A stretch of 63,760 nt of DNA, counting the filler, from Rhabdomonas costata (taxonomy: Eukaryota), in the NCBI GenBank assembly GCA_019059605.1. It is 52 parts of 52 records of this genome, joined end to end, with 100 filler letters (N's around TTAATTAATTAA, not from the genome) between each part and the next. Parts side by side here need not be neighbours in the genome. Positions count along the whole stretch, not along the records: positions 12,288 to 13,415 come from JAHMHO010027184.1; positions 13,516 to 14,643 come from JAHMHO010027185.1; positions 14,744 to 15,871 come from JAHMHO010027186.1; positions 15,972 to 17,099 come from JAHMHO010027187.1; positions 17,200 to 18,327 come from JAHMHO010027188.1; positions 18,428 to 19,552 come from JAHMHO010027189.1; positions 19,653 to 20,782 come from JAHMHO010027190.1; positions 20,883 to 22,009 come from JAHMHO010027191.1; 44 more parts are not named here. The stretch is one strand, 5' to 3'. A model generated the notes under the pieces. That model saw nothing but the letters and a program-made list of their open reading frames with translations, was not told where the DNA came from and ran no database searches. A program made the position numbers and the translations under genes. Of the stretch, positions 13,251 to 24,160 are shown piece after piece; positions within the stretch are counted from its first letter, which is position 1; each line of letters starts with the position of its first letter.

Positions 13251-16200
13251 AACTCTAACCTTTTCACATAGTCGCTGCCTCCGAACAGTTTTGCTTCGTT
13301 CTTCGCACAGAGCTTCAAAGTCAAACAAAGAAAACATAGCTAAAAAGAGGAAAAAGCATCGCTACATAACCGTAAGAAAGTTGCTGGGGAGGCTCCGCCA
13401 CAGAAACCCCCCACCNNNNNNNNNNNNNNNNNNNNNNNNNNNNNNNNNNNNNNNNNNNNTTAATTAATTAANNNNNNNNNNNNNNNNNNNNNNNNNNNNN
13501 NNNNNNNNNNNNNNNGTGTTTTGTGTTTTTCCCATGTGGGCATCGCTTCGCTACCTGTTGTTTCACCAGACACGGAAGGATGACCAATAATGAAAGGTGT
13601 CCCGGTGCCAACAAATAGCCTCTGGTTGTCCTATTATGTCCTTCAAGATGCGATAACTGGTGGTATCTTCCCTTGGGATGGGAAACTGGAGCAATGCAAT
13701 CCCATTACGAGCAGTCTATATTAGCTCGCAAGTTATGAAACCACAGTCATGTTTGAGGTCACCCATTGAGTCGGGCAAAGATTTAGGAGGATGAAGCAGT
13801 GGCCCTACCCTTGCTCCCCTGAAGGAAAACCATAGCAATGAAGGTTATGCATCGCATATCACAGGGCGGCTCCGCACGCGCACACAACCATTCTGGCATT
13901 GGACCACATTATTCGTTGATTCGAAAGTAGTCTCGCCTCCCCTCCCCCCTTCCCCGGTACTCAGCTCTGATTTGCGGTGCGATTCAGCACCAGCAGCAAG
14001 CGTCACGGACTGTCTTGAAGGGTGGAGGCAAAGCTTGTCTGTAGCCCGCATGCTCTCGACAAACTCACATACTCACCAATACTGTTGTCCTCTTGAAAGA
14101 ATCAAAATGGGTTGCCACAAAGGAGAACCGGCGTCTCTTGGTGCAGCCTGGGTGACAACGCAGGCTAGGTTTTGGTATACTCTTGACCAGTGGTTTACAA
14201 ACGGACACGGACGCACACGCATAATGGATCCCCTCTCATCGCAGTGGGACAAGAGTTCCCCTTTCCGTGAGCTTGGCGAACGCCCATGTCCCTGCCACCG
14301 CGACAGCAGCGTGGCTGGAGGAAGTCCTGGAGGAGGTAGGTGCAAGCGGACGCGGAGAGGGTGGCGCTTGGATGGGGTGAGGGGCGCGGTTGAGTGCACG
14401 CTTGTGAAAAGCGGATAAGACTACTGGCAAATACGCAGTACGCAGTGAGGCTGGATAAACCTATGAGGCCTTTGAAAAGGTTTCTTCGTGCTTTGCATTC
14501 TCACCTGCTGCCTGCTGTTGAAAAACAACAGGTCAGCAAAAGTGTTTACCCTTCACACCCAACTCAGTGTGTGTGTGGAGGGTGGGGGGCTGGTAGGCCG
14601 AAGAGTACAAGCTGCGGCAGTCCCAGCTGAGCTCCCCCAACCCNNNNNNNNNNNNNNNNNNNNNNNNNNNNNNNNNNNNNNNNNNNNTTAATTAATTAAN
14701 NNNNNNNNNNNNNNNNNNNNNNNNNNNNNNNNNNNNNNNNNNNGTGGGTTGAGAAGGCGGCCTTCCTGACCCGCCGGTCACAGCTTCGGCGCGTTGCAGC
14801 TTCCCGAGAGCTGATCGAGCCACTCTCCCTTGAGGTGTGTCCATTGACTGTGTGTATTTTGTTGTGCGCTTTCCTTTGATACAGATTTGTGTTTTGGTGC
14901 ATTGTTTCGCTGCAATCTCCAAAAAGGCAAATGTCTGGATGTGCTCTCCCAGGGGACCTTCACGCTGTGTCAGCCACTCCGGCGGCGTTGCGGACTGACC
15001 TCTGCCTCATTCGTCAAGCATTTACCGTCCAAACAAATGTTCCGTGCAAATTGTTCCATGAAAAAATACCTTTGGTTTTCCTTCTGCACACTCTGCGTCG
15101 GAGGGATTCGATTCCCCAGTCTGCGCCCCTTCTTTCGTTCTTCTTTCTCGGTCTCTGTAAGTTCGCTCTCTATGTGCGGACCCCACTGTCGAGACATAAT
15201 CTAAAAAGTTCATATCAATGCAGACCGGCCAGGAGTGAAACTACCGGCGGCAGTGGGTCCCTCTCTGCAAAGGCTGTCTGACTTCCGCAACAACCGCAAC
15301 CATTGTACACCGGAAGCGGATGTAGATCTTTCAAGCAAATCCCCATAAAATTTTTTGAAAAATACCTGAACGGTTTCGAACAGGGTTTGTGTGGCGTGGT
15401 GCTATGCCATTTACAAATAAGGGGAGACATACATGAATTGTCACATGTTTTCGTCCGATGTATGTTCAATTTGGAAGGGCCAGTGCATGTTTTCTGTGTT
15501 TTCTTCGTTCACTTTTCCAGGCAATTTGGGATGACTACATCCACGTGATGATTCCCAGGTGCGTAGCAGATCACATTGATTTTTTCCTGTTTCCGTTCAG
15601 AGGATATGCTCCCTCCTTAGCTCCCTCATCCTCTCTGCCGTTTCAGGCAACTTAAGCAGAGATGTCTGCTCAGCTACTATCATGACTGCAGAAAGAAGTT
15701 TGGGGCGGATTATCGCCGATGGCATCGCTACACCAAGAAGGCCACCTCTAAGCTGGAGCAGCAAAAGCAGGTGGGTGATTTTGGTGCACCTTGGCTTATT
15801 AAACAACTGCCAACAACTGCAGGACTGCAGTTGTTGGCAGTTGTTTAATAAGCCAAGGTGCACCAACACCCNNNNNNNNNNNNNNNNNNNNNNNNNNNNN
15901 NNNNNNNNNNNNNNNTTAATTAATTAANNNNNNNNNNNNNNNNNNNNNNNNNNNNNNNNNNNNNNNNNNNNTGTGTTGGGTGAGTTTAGTTTGTGTGTGG
16001 AAGTCGACGGGAAGCCAAACGAATTTACCGCTTAAGTGCAGTTTCCAGAGTGGCGGCACTCTCTGGTTGCGTGGGCAAATGGAGTTGCTGGAATGTGGAG
16101 GTTTGGTGTTGCTTCTAATCGGCATCTAATCGAGTTCGGGGGGCAAAAAGCGTTAACTTTTTCAAGTCGAATGCAAGCCCCAAGTGGTCCCATTGAGTCG

Positions 16201-17718
16201 TCCAACTTAAAGAGGAACTCATTTCTCATACCCCCGCGCTTTTGCAGAGCGGAGGGAGCTGGTGGTGCCGAAAGTGGCGCTGGGCCTGTGGTGGTCCGCA
16301 ATCCCGGTGTGCGTCCATTGTCTGACCCAAGCTGCATCTTGCATCTTGAAAGAGTTTTGGGGTTTCGTGCAGATGGGTGGATGTCGTATTACACCTGACC
16401 GCCGACCACCAAACAGCTTTCAATTTACTCGTGCGAAGGAAAGCAGCGACACTGAGCGGGGCGCAAGGGGACGGCGTGTGTTTGTTTGTGGCTTCTCAAG
16501 AGAAATGTACCGACGTGCACATAGCACATATGCTTTTCCAAATGAGGTTGACGTGGGGTCAAAGGCTGGCAGATCCTTGAGGTCAGTCAAACGGTGCGTT
16601 TTAAGAAAGGATTTCCGCCCCTAGCCTCTTCATACTCTTCATACTATCTGCTCTCTCGCGGCTCAGGCGCCATGGCGTCGTCGGGCACAACTCTCCCGAT
16701 GCTCCGGTCAAGGCTGTTGCAAGGTATGCGATGGATAAGAATGAGAGATTGGGTGTGGGTGTGGGTAGTTAGCCTTCGTTTTCCCCATCCTTCTGCCCCT
16801 CCCGTATTGGTGAATGCTCTCGTCCTTTGTTTTGCGTGCAGGGGTTGTTGGGACGGAGCCCGAATCAGCGGAGTCACCCGCGGACAGGTACGACCGGGTG
16901 AGGGGTCTAGTTCACTTGCACTGTACTTCCCTTTTGCGCGGGAATTTTGGCACAGCGGGTGTCGCGTAATTGTGACCCTCACTGCAGATTCACGGCTCTT
17001 TTTGTGTGCCCTGACAGAATAAACGGTTTGTTTCGCCGCAGAAGACGACAGGAAATGAGCCGTGAATCTGCAGTGAGGGTCACAATTACGCGACACCCAN
17101 NNNNNNNNNNNNNNNNNNNNNNNNNNNNNNNNNNNNNNNNNNNTTAATTAATTAANNNNNNNNNNNNNNNNNNNNNNNNNNNNNNNNNNNNNNNNNNNNA
17201 ACATATGCGTTCTTCTCCGTTTTGGTTGGTAAGAATAGTAACGCTTGGCAATAATAGTAACCTCAAACCTGCTGGGGCCTTGCAGTGGGTCACGGGCTAA
17301 TGAGATACGAACACACTGGTGGCATCAAACAAATAATTCGAGTTGCAGGCAAGTTGTGACGACAACGGACAAGGTTATAGGAAAAGTAGCAGGGTTGGAA
17401 ACGGAAAACGCTCACTGCAAGGAGAGCGAGGATGTACTAAAGGACGATGGCAATGCTTGGAGAGAACATGAAATGGTGTTAAGAGAGAGAGAGTATTAGA
17501 GTGTTAAGAAAGAGAATAAGAGGATTTGAAGTGAGAGGCAGTGGTAAACCAGTTTCAAGCAAAGCCAGCTCAGTCACAGCGCGGTCTCGCGCGACTCAAC
17601 ACGGCTGCTCGCACCAAAACTTACAAGCACGTCTAGGTTCAGGCGCTGCCACTTCAGCCCACGTGCCTCGCACGCTGCATCGTGTACTCGTGGGTGCGCA
17701 GAGGTCGGCTGGGGGGAG

Positions 17719-17838
17719 ATGATCAGTGAGCCTCGGCCCGACATCTGCACGGAGTTCAGCGAACTCGAGTCGAGGTACACCCTTGGACCTCTGTTGGGGG
17801 CTGGGGCCTACAGCGAGGTCTACGAGTGCACCTCCAAG
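17719..17838 (+). CDS. Ser/Thr protein kinase exon, subdomain I (absent from the ORF track)
   Basis: MISEPRPDICTEFSELESRYTLGPLLGAGAYSEVYECTSK|gt contains the GxGxYSxV loop. Confidence 0.8.
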
Positions 17839-18554
17839 GTGTGGTGGTGGACGCCTTCGCGCTGAAACCATGGGACCTGCCTACATACAAAAAGCATATG
17901 TGGTTGTCGCTCTTTACCATGTCGTTTGGATCAGGACTTTTTATACACATTTTAAAAATCAAAATGTCACAAAATTAAGCAAAGAGAGATGTTTGCATGT
18001 GTCCTCCAGAACAAACTGCTCTGGATTGGATCAGGGGCACTGCCAACATTGCCCCAGCCGCACCCGAAGCTGCAGGATACGGATGCTATACTTCAGCTAT
18101 CGTGGTGCAAAAGGTTAGGTGCGAGAAACTGGACCCGAGACCCCAGACGGACCCTGGCACTATCCCCATGCCATCCGCCTCCCCCCTCCCTCTGCAATAA
18201 ACTATGGGAACCTTGAAGAGGCAAGGAAATCTGCATATGTCCGATGGAGGTTTTCCAATGAACCTTCATTCTAGGCGTCAAGGTGTCGAGTCGTTGCGGC
18301 TTAAGGTGAAGGTTCATTGGAAAACCCNNNNNNNNNNNNNNNNNNNNNNNNNNNNNNNNNNNNNNNNNNNNTTAATTAATTAANNNNNNNNNNNNNNNNN
18401 NNNNNNNNNNNNNNNNNNNNNNNNNNNTGTTTTCGGGTACGCTATCCATTGAAATCGGGACGCATAACGCCCTGCCGAACACAGCCGTGAGGGGCCACAC
18501 CCACCCACCTACACACACACACACACACACCCACACACACACACACACACACAC

Positions 18555-19349
18555 CACGGGGTCGTCGAGGTCGGGGTGGGCGAGCAGGCGCAGCAAGGCC
18601 TGGAACAGTGCCCTCAGCGGCGTGGCAGGGTTCCACTCACTGTGCAGCAGGGGGAGGTTGGTCGCCCCACTAGGGTTCACGTTGGGGTGGTACAGCGCGC
18701 CCGGGAACAGCACCTTTTTTGACCCATCCAAAGAAAGAGAGAGCGCCGCAGGGGATGCAAATGTAGCTGCGGGGGGGTGATGGAAGGGTCACTGGTTGGA
18801 GTTCATAGTACCCATAAATGGGGTCAAACGCACCATGGAGACCGCTCATACTTGAATCTGAGTGTGGAGGAGAGTTTGCTTTCGCACCGGTTGCTGTGCC
18901 TGAGTTAAGAGTCGTGAGCGTCTTGCACAAATTGGGGAGCGTGAAAGGCTCCTTGGTGGAACGTCTCAGGTATTCATGTGAGATGATTTTGTGTGTCAGC
19001 ATTCCATTTCTTGGACAAACAGCTCGTTCGTTGCAAGGCATATGTCATACCACTGTCCAACTGTCCAGTATCGCTTCATAACTATTGGAGAAATAATGAT
19101 GCACCTCATTCAGGTAAAAAGAAGAAATGTGCAAAGAAAAGGCACTGCGTGTGTGAGGTGGGGGGAGGGGAAGGGCTTCACCCGAGGAGGCTTATCGGGG
19201 TAGCTCATGGGGAACCGCAGCAGGACGCAGATCTGCATCCCTTCGTAGGCCGAACCCACGGGGCCCTCCAGCAGCGCCCGCCAGTCCAAGGCGTCATCCA
19301 CGGCGAGGTTCACCAGCCCCTCCACGGGGTGCTGCTGCAGATCCCTCGC
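18555..19349 (-). CDS. Ubiquitin-conjugating (UBC-fold) protein lacking the catalytic Cys; exons 19349-19182 and 18713-18555
   Basis: DWRALLEGPVGSAYEG...FPMSYPDKPPR|VLFPGALYHPNVNPSGATNLPLLHSEWNPA; the GT-AG intron joins in frame. Confidence 0.9.
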
Positions 19350-20539
19350 CTGCGTTCGGGTTTTGGTGACAGCACCACTGTCGCCCACACGTTCTGCTAC
19401 TTGCAATCGTCTCAGGAATGCGGTCCACAAAATGATGTCAGGAAATTTCGGGAGTGAATCGCATCACTGCAACACTTATACGGGTTTTTTATATGTAAAA
19501 CTGGGAATGAGGTCCCGTCCATCCCAGTGGCACTCTCAAATTACCCAACACANNNNNNNNNNNNNNNNNNNNNNNNNNNNNNNNNNNNNNNNNNNNTTAA
19601 TTAATTAANNNNNNNNNNNNNNNNNNNNNNNNNNNNNNNNNNNNNNNNNNNNGGCTCTTAACGACATGTTTCGCTGTGTTTCGGGGGGGGGGGGGGCGTT
19701 TTGTGCAGCACAGGGTTTGTTTCTGGGCGCAATGGCACATTGTCGCATTGGTCCTCGTTTTTTGAAGGTCCTTTATCGCATCCTCCCCATCAAAGGCAAT
19801 GTTTCACGGTAAAGATACTCCACCGCCATCGGAAACAAGTTAGGCTCGTCGTAAAGCAGTGGGAAACCTGTCATCCTTGGCTGTACTAGGTGTGGTTCTC
19901 CACGGACATTATGCTTCATGAGCATTGCTTTCTTCACAAAAACAAGACAAACTGACTGCATGCAACACCTTGTTCGCGTGCACCGGTTCTTGTTTTGCTG
20001 AAGACCTACTTTATTCTCGTGTAATGCCTGTGTTTGTGAGGCGTAGGCTGGAACTCAACCACCACAAAAGCAAAAAAAAAAATTGCATTGCGCAGGGGTT
20101 GTGCTTTTCGCAAACCTCCCATAAGACTTCACAGAGCACCAGGTGGGGCTTGGGCTCCTTCACCCCATTGCGAAGGATCTAAGAATCGAGCATACACCAA
20201 TGGTGACGAAGGGCCACAGCTGAGGTTTCGCGTATCAAACGAGTGGACAAAGGGTCGCTCTGACTATGGCGCCACCTCGAGGTAAAAGGTTACTTTTTGT
20301 CGCGGGGCCGGATGAGAGGAAAAAGGTCCGCCTTTGCTCTCCTTGCTCTTTGCTCTCCTTTCCTTGATGCACACCACTCAAATGCAGTGAATCCCATTAA
20401 ACAATCTCCGGGGCCCCGCACTCGCACTGTTTCCATTGCAAATGGCATGTGGCAGCTCGCGATGCGATTCCGATCCCAAGGAAAGGTCGGAAGACTCCTG
20501 TCTCCAGCATGCGCGTGTGAATAGACGTCCCTGACGGAC

Positions 20540-20734
20540 CTGAAGGTCACCCCAGCGTGCGTGGATCCACGGCTGAAGCAGAGCGTACAGGCACCGGGAA
20601 AACAGCACGGCGCCCAGCACTGTGACCAGGACTAGGATGCGGTGGCGCAGGGAGCCACTGCTGCTGTGAGGCTGGCCAAGCCCCGGCGGGGGCACAGCTC
20701 GACCAAAAGCCACGCTTTGGTAGACCAGGCACGC
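20540..20734 (-). CDS. Exon of a multi-pass membrane protein
   Basis: 195-bp phase-0 exon bounded by AG/GT, containing the TM segment RILVLVTVLGAVLFSRCLYALL. Confidence 0.5.
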
Positions 20735-20743
20735 CTTTGCGAA

Positions 20744-20778
<35 letters not shown>

Positions 20779-21183
20779 CACANNNNNNNNNNNNNNNNNN
20801 NNNNNNNNNNNNNNNNNNNNNNNNNNTTAATTAATTAANNNNNNNNNNNNNNNNNNNNNNNNNNNNNNNNNNNNNNNNNNNNGTTGGTATTTTGTGCCAG
20901 GGATTATTTTGTAAATTTCCCGGGTTTGAATGGGCTTTTGTGGTATCCCCATCAACCATCTCAGGGGGCGTGTCTTTCAAACGTTTTGTCCTTAGACAAA
21001 GCTTTTAAGCGCGTCACAACCGCCAAGCTGGTGTGCACGTGCTTGCGTCGTTATCCGGATGCGGGTTTTTTCCCTCGGAAAGGCGCCCCGGAGAGAACCG
21101 AGGTTAGCCGCAATGTTGCGTTTGCGGATGTTCGGCCTTTTCCGCTGGAATAACACCTCAAAGAACCGGGTGGTTGGAACAGG

Positions 21184-21476
21184 GCAACGGTAAGAATCAC
21201 CCAGGTGTTCCACATCAGTAACAGATGAGAAAAGTCACAGGCGTGGGACACCGACATTTTCCAGAGGTTTCCAGGGTGCCCTTTTGTCAAGGGTCAGCTG
21301 AGACAGAAGTTGATGCTGAGCCCCTCTATATATCAACCCGCTGGGCAAGAAGGCGCGCAGAGCAGGGCCAGTTGAGAGAGGGAAGGCCAGCAGAGAGACA
21401 GTGGGGAAGACCCCGGGCGAGGCAGAGAGCCAGGCCAAGGGAGGTAAGTGGAAGGAGGTAGCCAGCACACGACCCG
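21184..21476 (+). repeat. Dispersed ~300-bp repeat, copy A
   Basis: Matches the reverse complement of 58957-59285, e.g. ttttgtcaagggtcagctgagacagaagt and gagagggaaggccagcagagagacagtggggaagaccccgggcgaggcagagagcca. Confidence 0.9.
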
Positions 21477-21492
21477 ACCGCATTAGAAATCC

Positions 21493-21535
<43 letters not shown>

Positions 21536-22341
21536 GTGCGCCAGGGTTCCGGAGGAAGAAAGTTGCATTCTCACCAGGCCGATTTCAAGAATTCCTCCTG
21601 ACTACCCTGGTGCCCCTGAACACCAAAAACCACGAGAATTACAGAGAGAGGTCCTTGATTAGGTTTTTGTAACTTGCGTGAGTTCATTAATGCGACATTA
21701 AACCTGGCAGGTCGCTTTTATTTCAATTTGTGTTTTTGCAGAGGAGGTGCAGCAGAACCACAGAGAAACCGCACGCGAGAGCCGCGGAGACCCGGAGCAC
21801 CAGCAAAGGGAGAGGGGTGAAAAAGGGTGTGGCGTTAGTGCATTGAACACAGGTGAGCGGTCGCGTGCCCCTTCCACGGCCTTCTTTTTGGGTGGGAGAT
21901 TGGGGAAAGGCATAAGCGGCGAGACCCGCCCAGCGAAACTCCTCCACAGCCCAGAAGGTGTGGGCACCAAGGCCCGGCCAAGAGACCACCCCCCCCAAAC
22001 ACACCCACANNNNNNNNNNNNNNNNNNNNNNNNNNNNNNNNNNNNNNNNNNNNTTAATTAATTAANNNNNNNNNNNNNNNNNNNNNNNNNNNNNNNNNNN
22101 NNNNNNNNNTGTTGTTGGGCAAGGGCTTTCTGAGGCTGCAACAGTTACTATAGAACGAATAAATAATTCTCAGTTTTGTCGTGGACAATATTTCCGATGA
22201 TGTGCACGTATGCCTCTTCGTCGGAAATATTGTCCACGACAAAACTGAGAATTATTTATTCGTTCTATAGTAACTGTTGCAGCCTCAGAAAGCCCTTGCC
22301 TAACAGATCGGATCTCAGCAAACTGCCCTTCGCGCTCACAC

Positions 22342-22599
22342 CTGCACGCGGCGCTCCGCCAGCGCGATCGCCATGTTGGCACCCCACACGTGGATCATGC
22401 TGCCCAGCCCAAAGGGGTGCGCTGTGAACACCGCGTACCTCGCCGTGCGGCAGTCTTTGGGGTGCTGCAGGTCGTAGATCGCCTGCACATGAAAAGACAT
22501 CGGCCCCGGAGTGCGGTAGTAGGGGCACCCCAGGCCATCCCCGGGAACGGCGAGTAGGGCGACCAGCAGTGGCAGCAGCAGCAGCAAATAAGAAGGCAT
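22342..22599 (-). CDS. Alpha-1,6-fucosyltransferase (FUT8/GT23)-like protein, first exon
   Basis: Signal peptide/anchor, then IYDLQHPKDCRTARY...PFGLGSMIH...AIALAERR (FUT8-type LQ.P.DC..A..l......G.G..lH); ends at CAG|gtgtga. Confidence 0.7.
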
Positions 22600-24064
22600 G
22601 ATACTACAAGAAAAAGGAAGCGAGCAAGAGAGGGAGAGAGAGAGCACCGAAGAGCGGTTCGCGGGATGAGAAGATCTGCGTCACCGATCAATAACACAAG
22701 GAAAGGCTCGAGTTCTATGTTCGCCGCACCACTGACACGGAGCCCTCACAAGAGACGCGGTAAGCGACGCATACATACGCATACATACGCAGTCCCAGTT
22801 AAGCGAAGTTCTTCTCAAGGAATCTCACCGATGCGGCACAGAGAGATATTTCGGGGGTGGGCTCAAATTCAAGAAACGAGGTGATGGGCCTGCCCCAAAC
22901 CTTTTTGCATTCAATGAGCGGCTGCATCGGTCGCGGGAGCTCGCGTTCCTCGCAGCCTTGAACAGTTGGGGAGCACCTCCTTCTAATCATTTGGGTGACG
23001 AAAGAGGTTATTTTCTGCGTGCAGATAATTGCCCATTTAATCTCGCAGTTGCAAATTGGCCAAAAAAAATATTCCTAAAAAACCACCACTTGGGGTGTAA
23101 CTGCTTTCCTTATGAGCTTGCGAAGTTTGATTGGGTGCCGTTTTTGCACTTCTCACCCAAAAGAAATTTCTATTATTCGGAAGGTTTCAGCAAAACCGTT
23201 GAACATGTTCAGCATCATTAGCTTTCCCCACCCCCACNNNNNNNNNNNNNNNNNNNNNNNNNNNNNNNNNNNNNNNNNNNNTTAATTAATTAANNNNNNN
23301 NNNNNNNNNNNNNNNNNNNNNNNNNNNNNNNNNNNNNGGGGTGGTGTGACATTGAACTTTGAATTGAACTTTGAAGTGCTCACATTGAACTTCGAACGAT
23401 GGCATTGAATTGAATTGAATTGAGTGAACTGGGTTGTTTGTCTTTCTCTTCCCATCGCCTTTCAGCAAACTGCACTCCTCTTTGAAAAAGTTCCTGAAGA
23501 AGAATGTGGTTGACAAGTCACTTCAGGAAAGCTTGGCTGTTCAGGTATTCGTGTTTTGTTCAACCAGTTCAGTTGGCGAATTTCACAATGTTATAGTTAT
23601 GTGGCGTTTAAAATGTTAACTGAAGTGAAAAGAAGGGGAAAGGGAAGGGGTACCAAAAATGCGGAAAGGGGTGCCTGGTCCAACATGACATTCCGAAATT
23701 TCGATTCTTATGGAGTGCCTTCATTCAGACCGCGGTCGCGAACGCCTCCCTAAGAGAAAGAAATTTTAGGTTGCATTCCAAGAATTTTTCAGGTCAAATT
23801 TTACCTCGTCGTTTTGGTGTTTTTTTAATATACCAAAAACGGCTGGACCACCTGCAATGGGTTTGAAGTGATTGTAGAAAAATTAAAGAATGGAAAGAGC
23901 GCTTGATGTGCAAGCTATTTTTTCCAAAGAGCGAAAAAGAAAGCTTCCTCACTCGCACAAATTCACAGGCTTCTTGAAAATGCCGAGAACTGACAGAAAG
24001 CGGTGGTAAATGCCGTGCGTTTCCCTGTTAATTTTTGCTGTTTTTTTTTGCCTTTCTGCACCAG

Positions 24065-24160
24065 GATGCGAAGCTCGCGGGGTTGATCAAAACCAAGCTG
24101 GACATCCAGTGTGTGTTCGACACCCAAGTGGAGGACCTGATGCGAACCATCAGAGAACAG
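24065..24160 (+). CDS. NOP58: Nop58/Nop56 box C/D snoRNP protein exon
   Basis: DAKLAGLIKTKLDIQCVFDTQVEDLMRTIREQ resembles NOP58 DAKLGGVIKEKL...ELMRGIRSQ; 96 bp bounded by AG/GT. Confidence 0.8.

Noticed and set aside
13520-14400. Possible DIRS/tyrosine-recombinase element relic on the minus strand
   Set aside because: Only vague resemblance across many stops; no diagnostic RHRY or RT motif is readable
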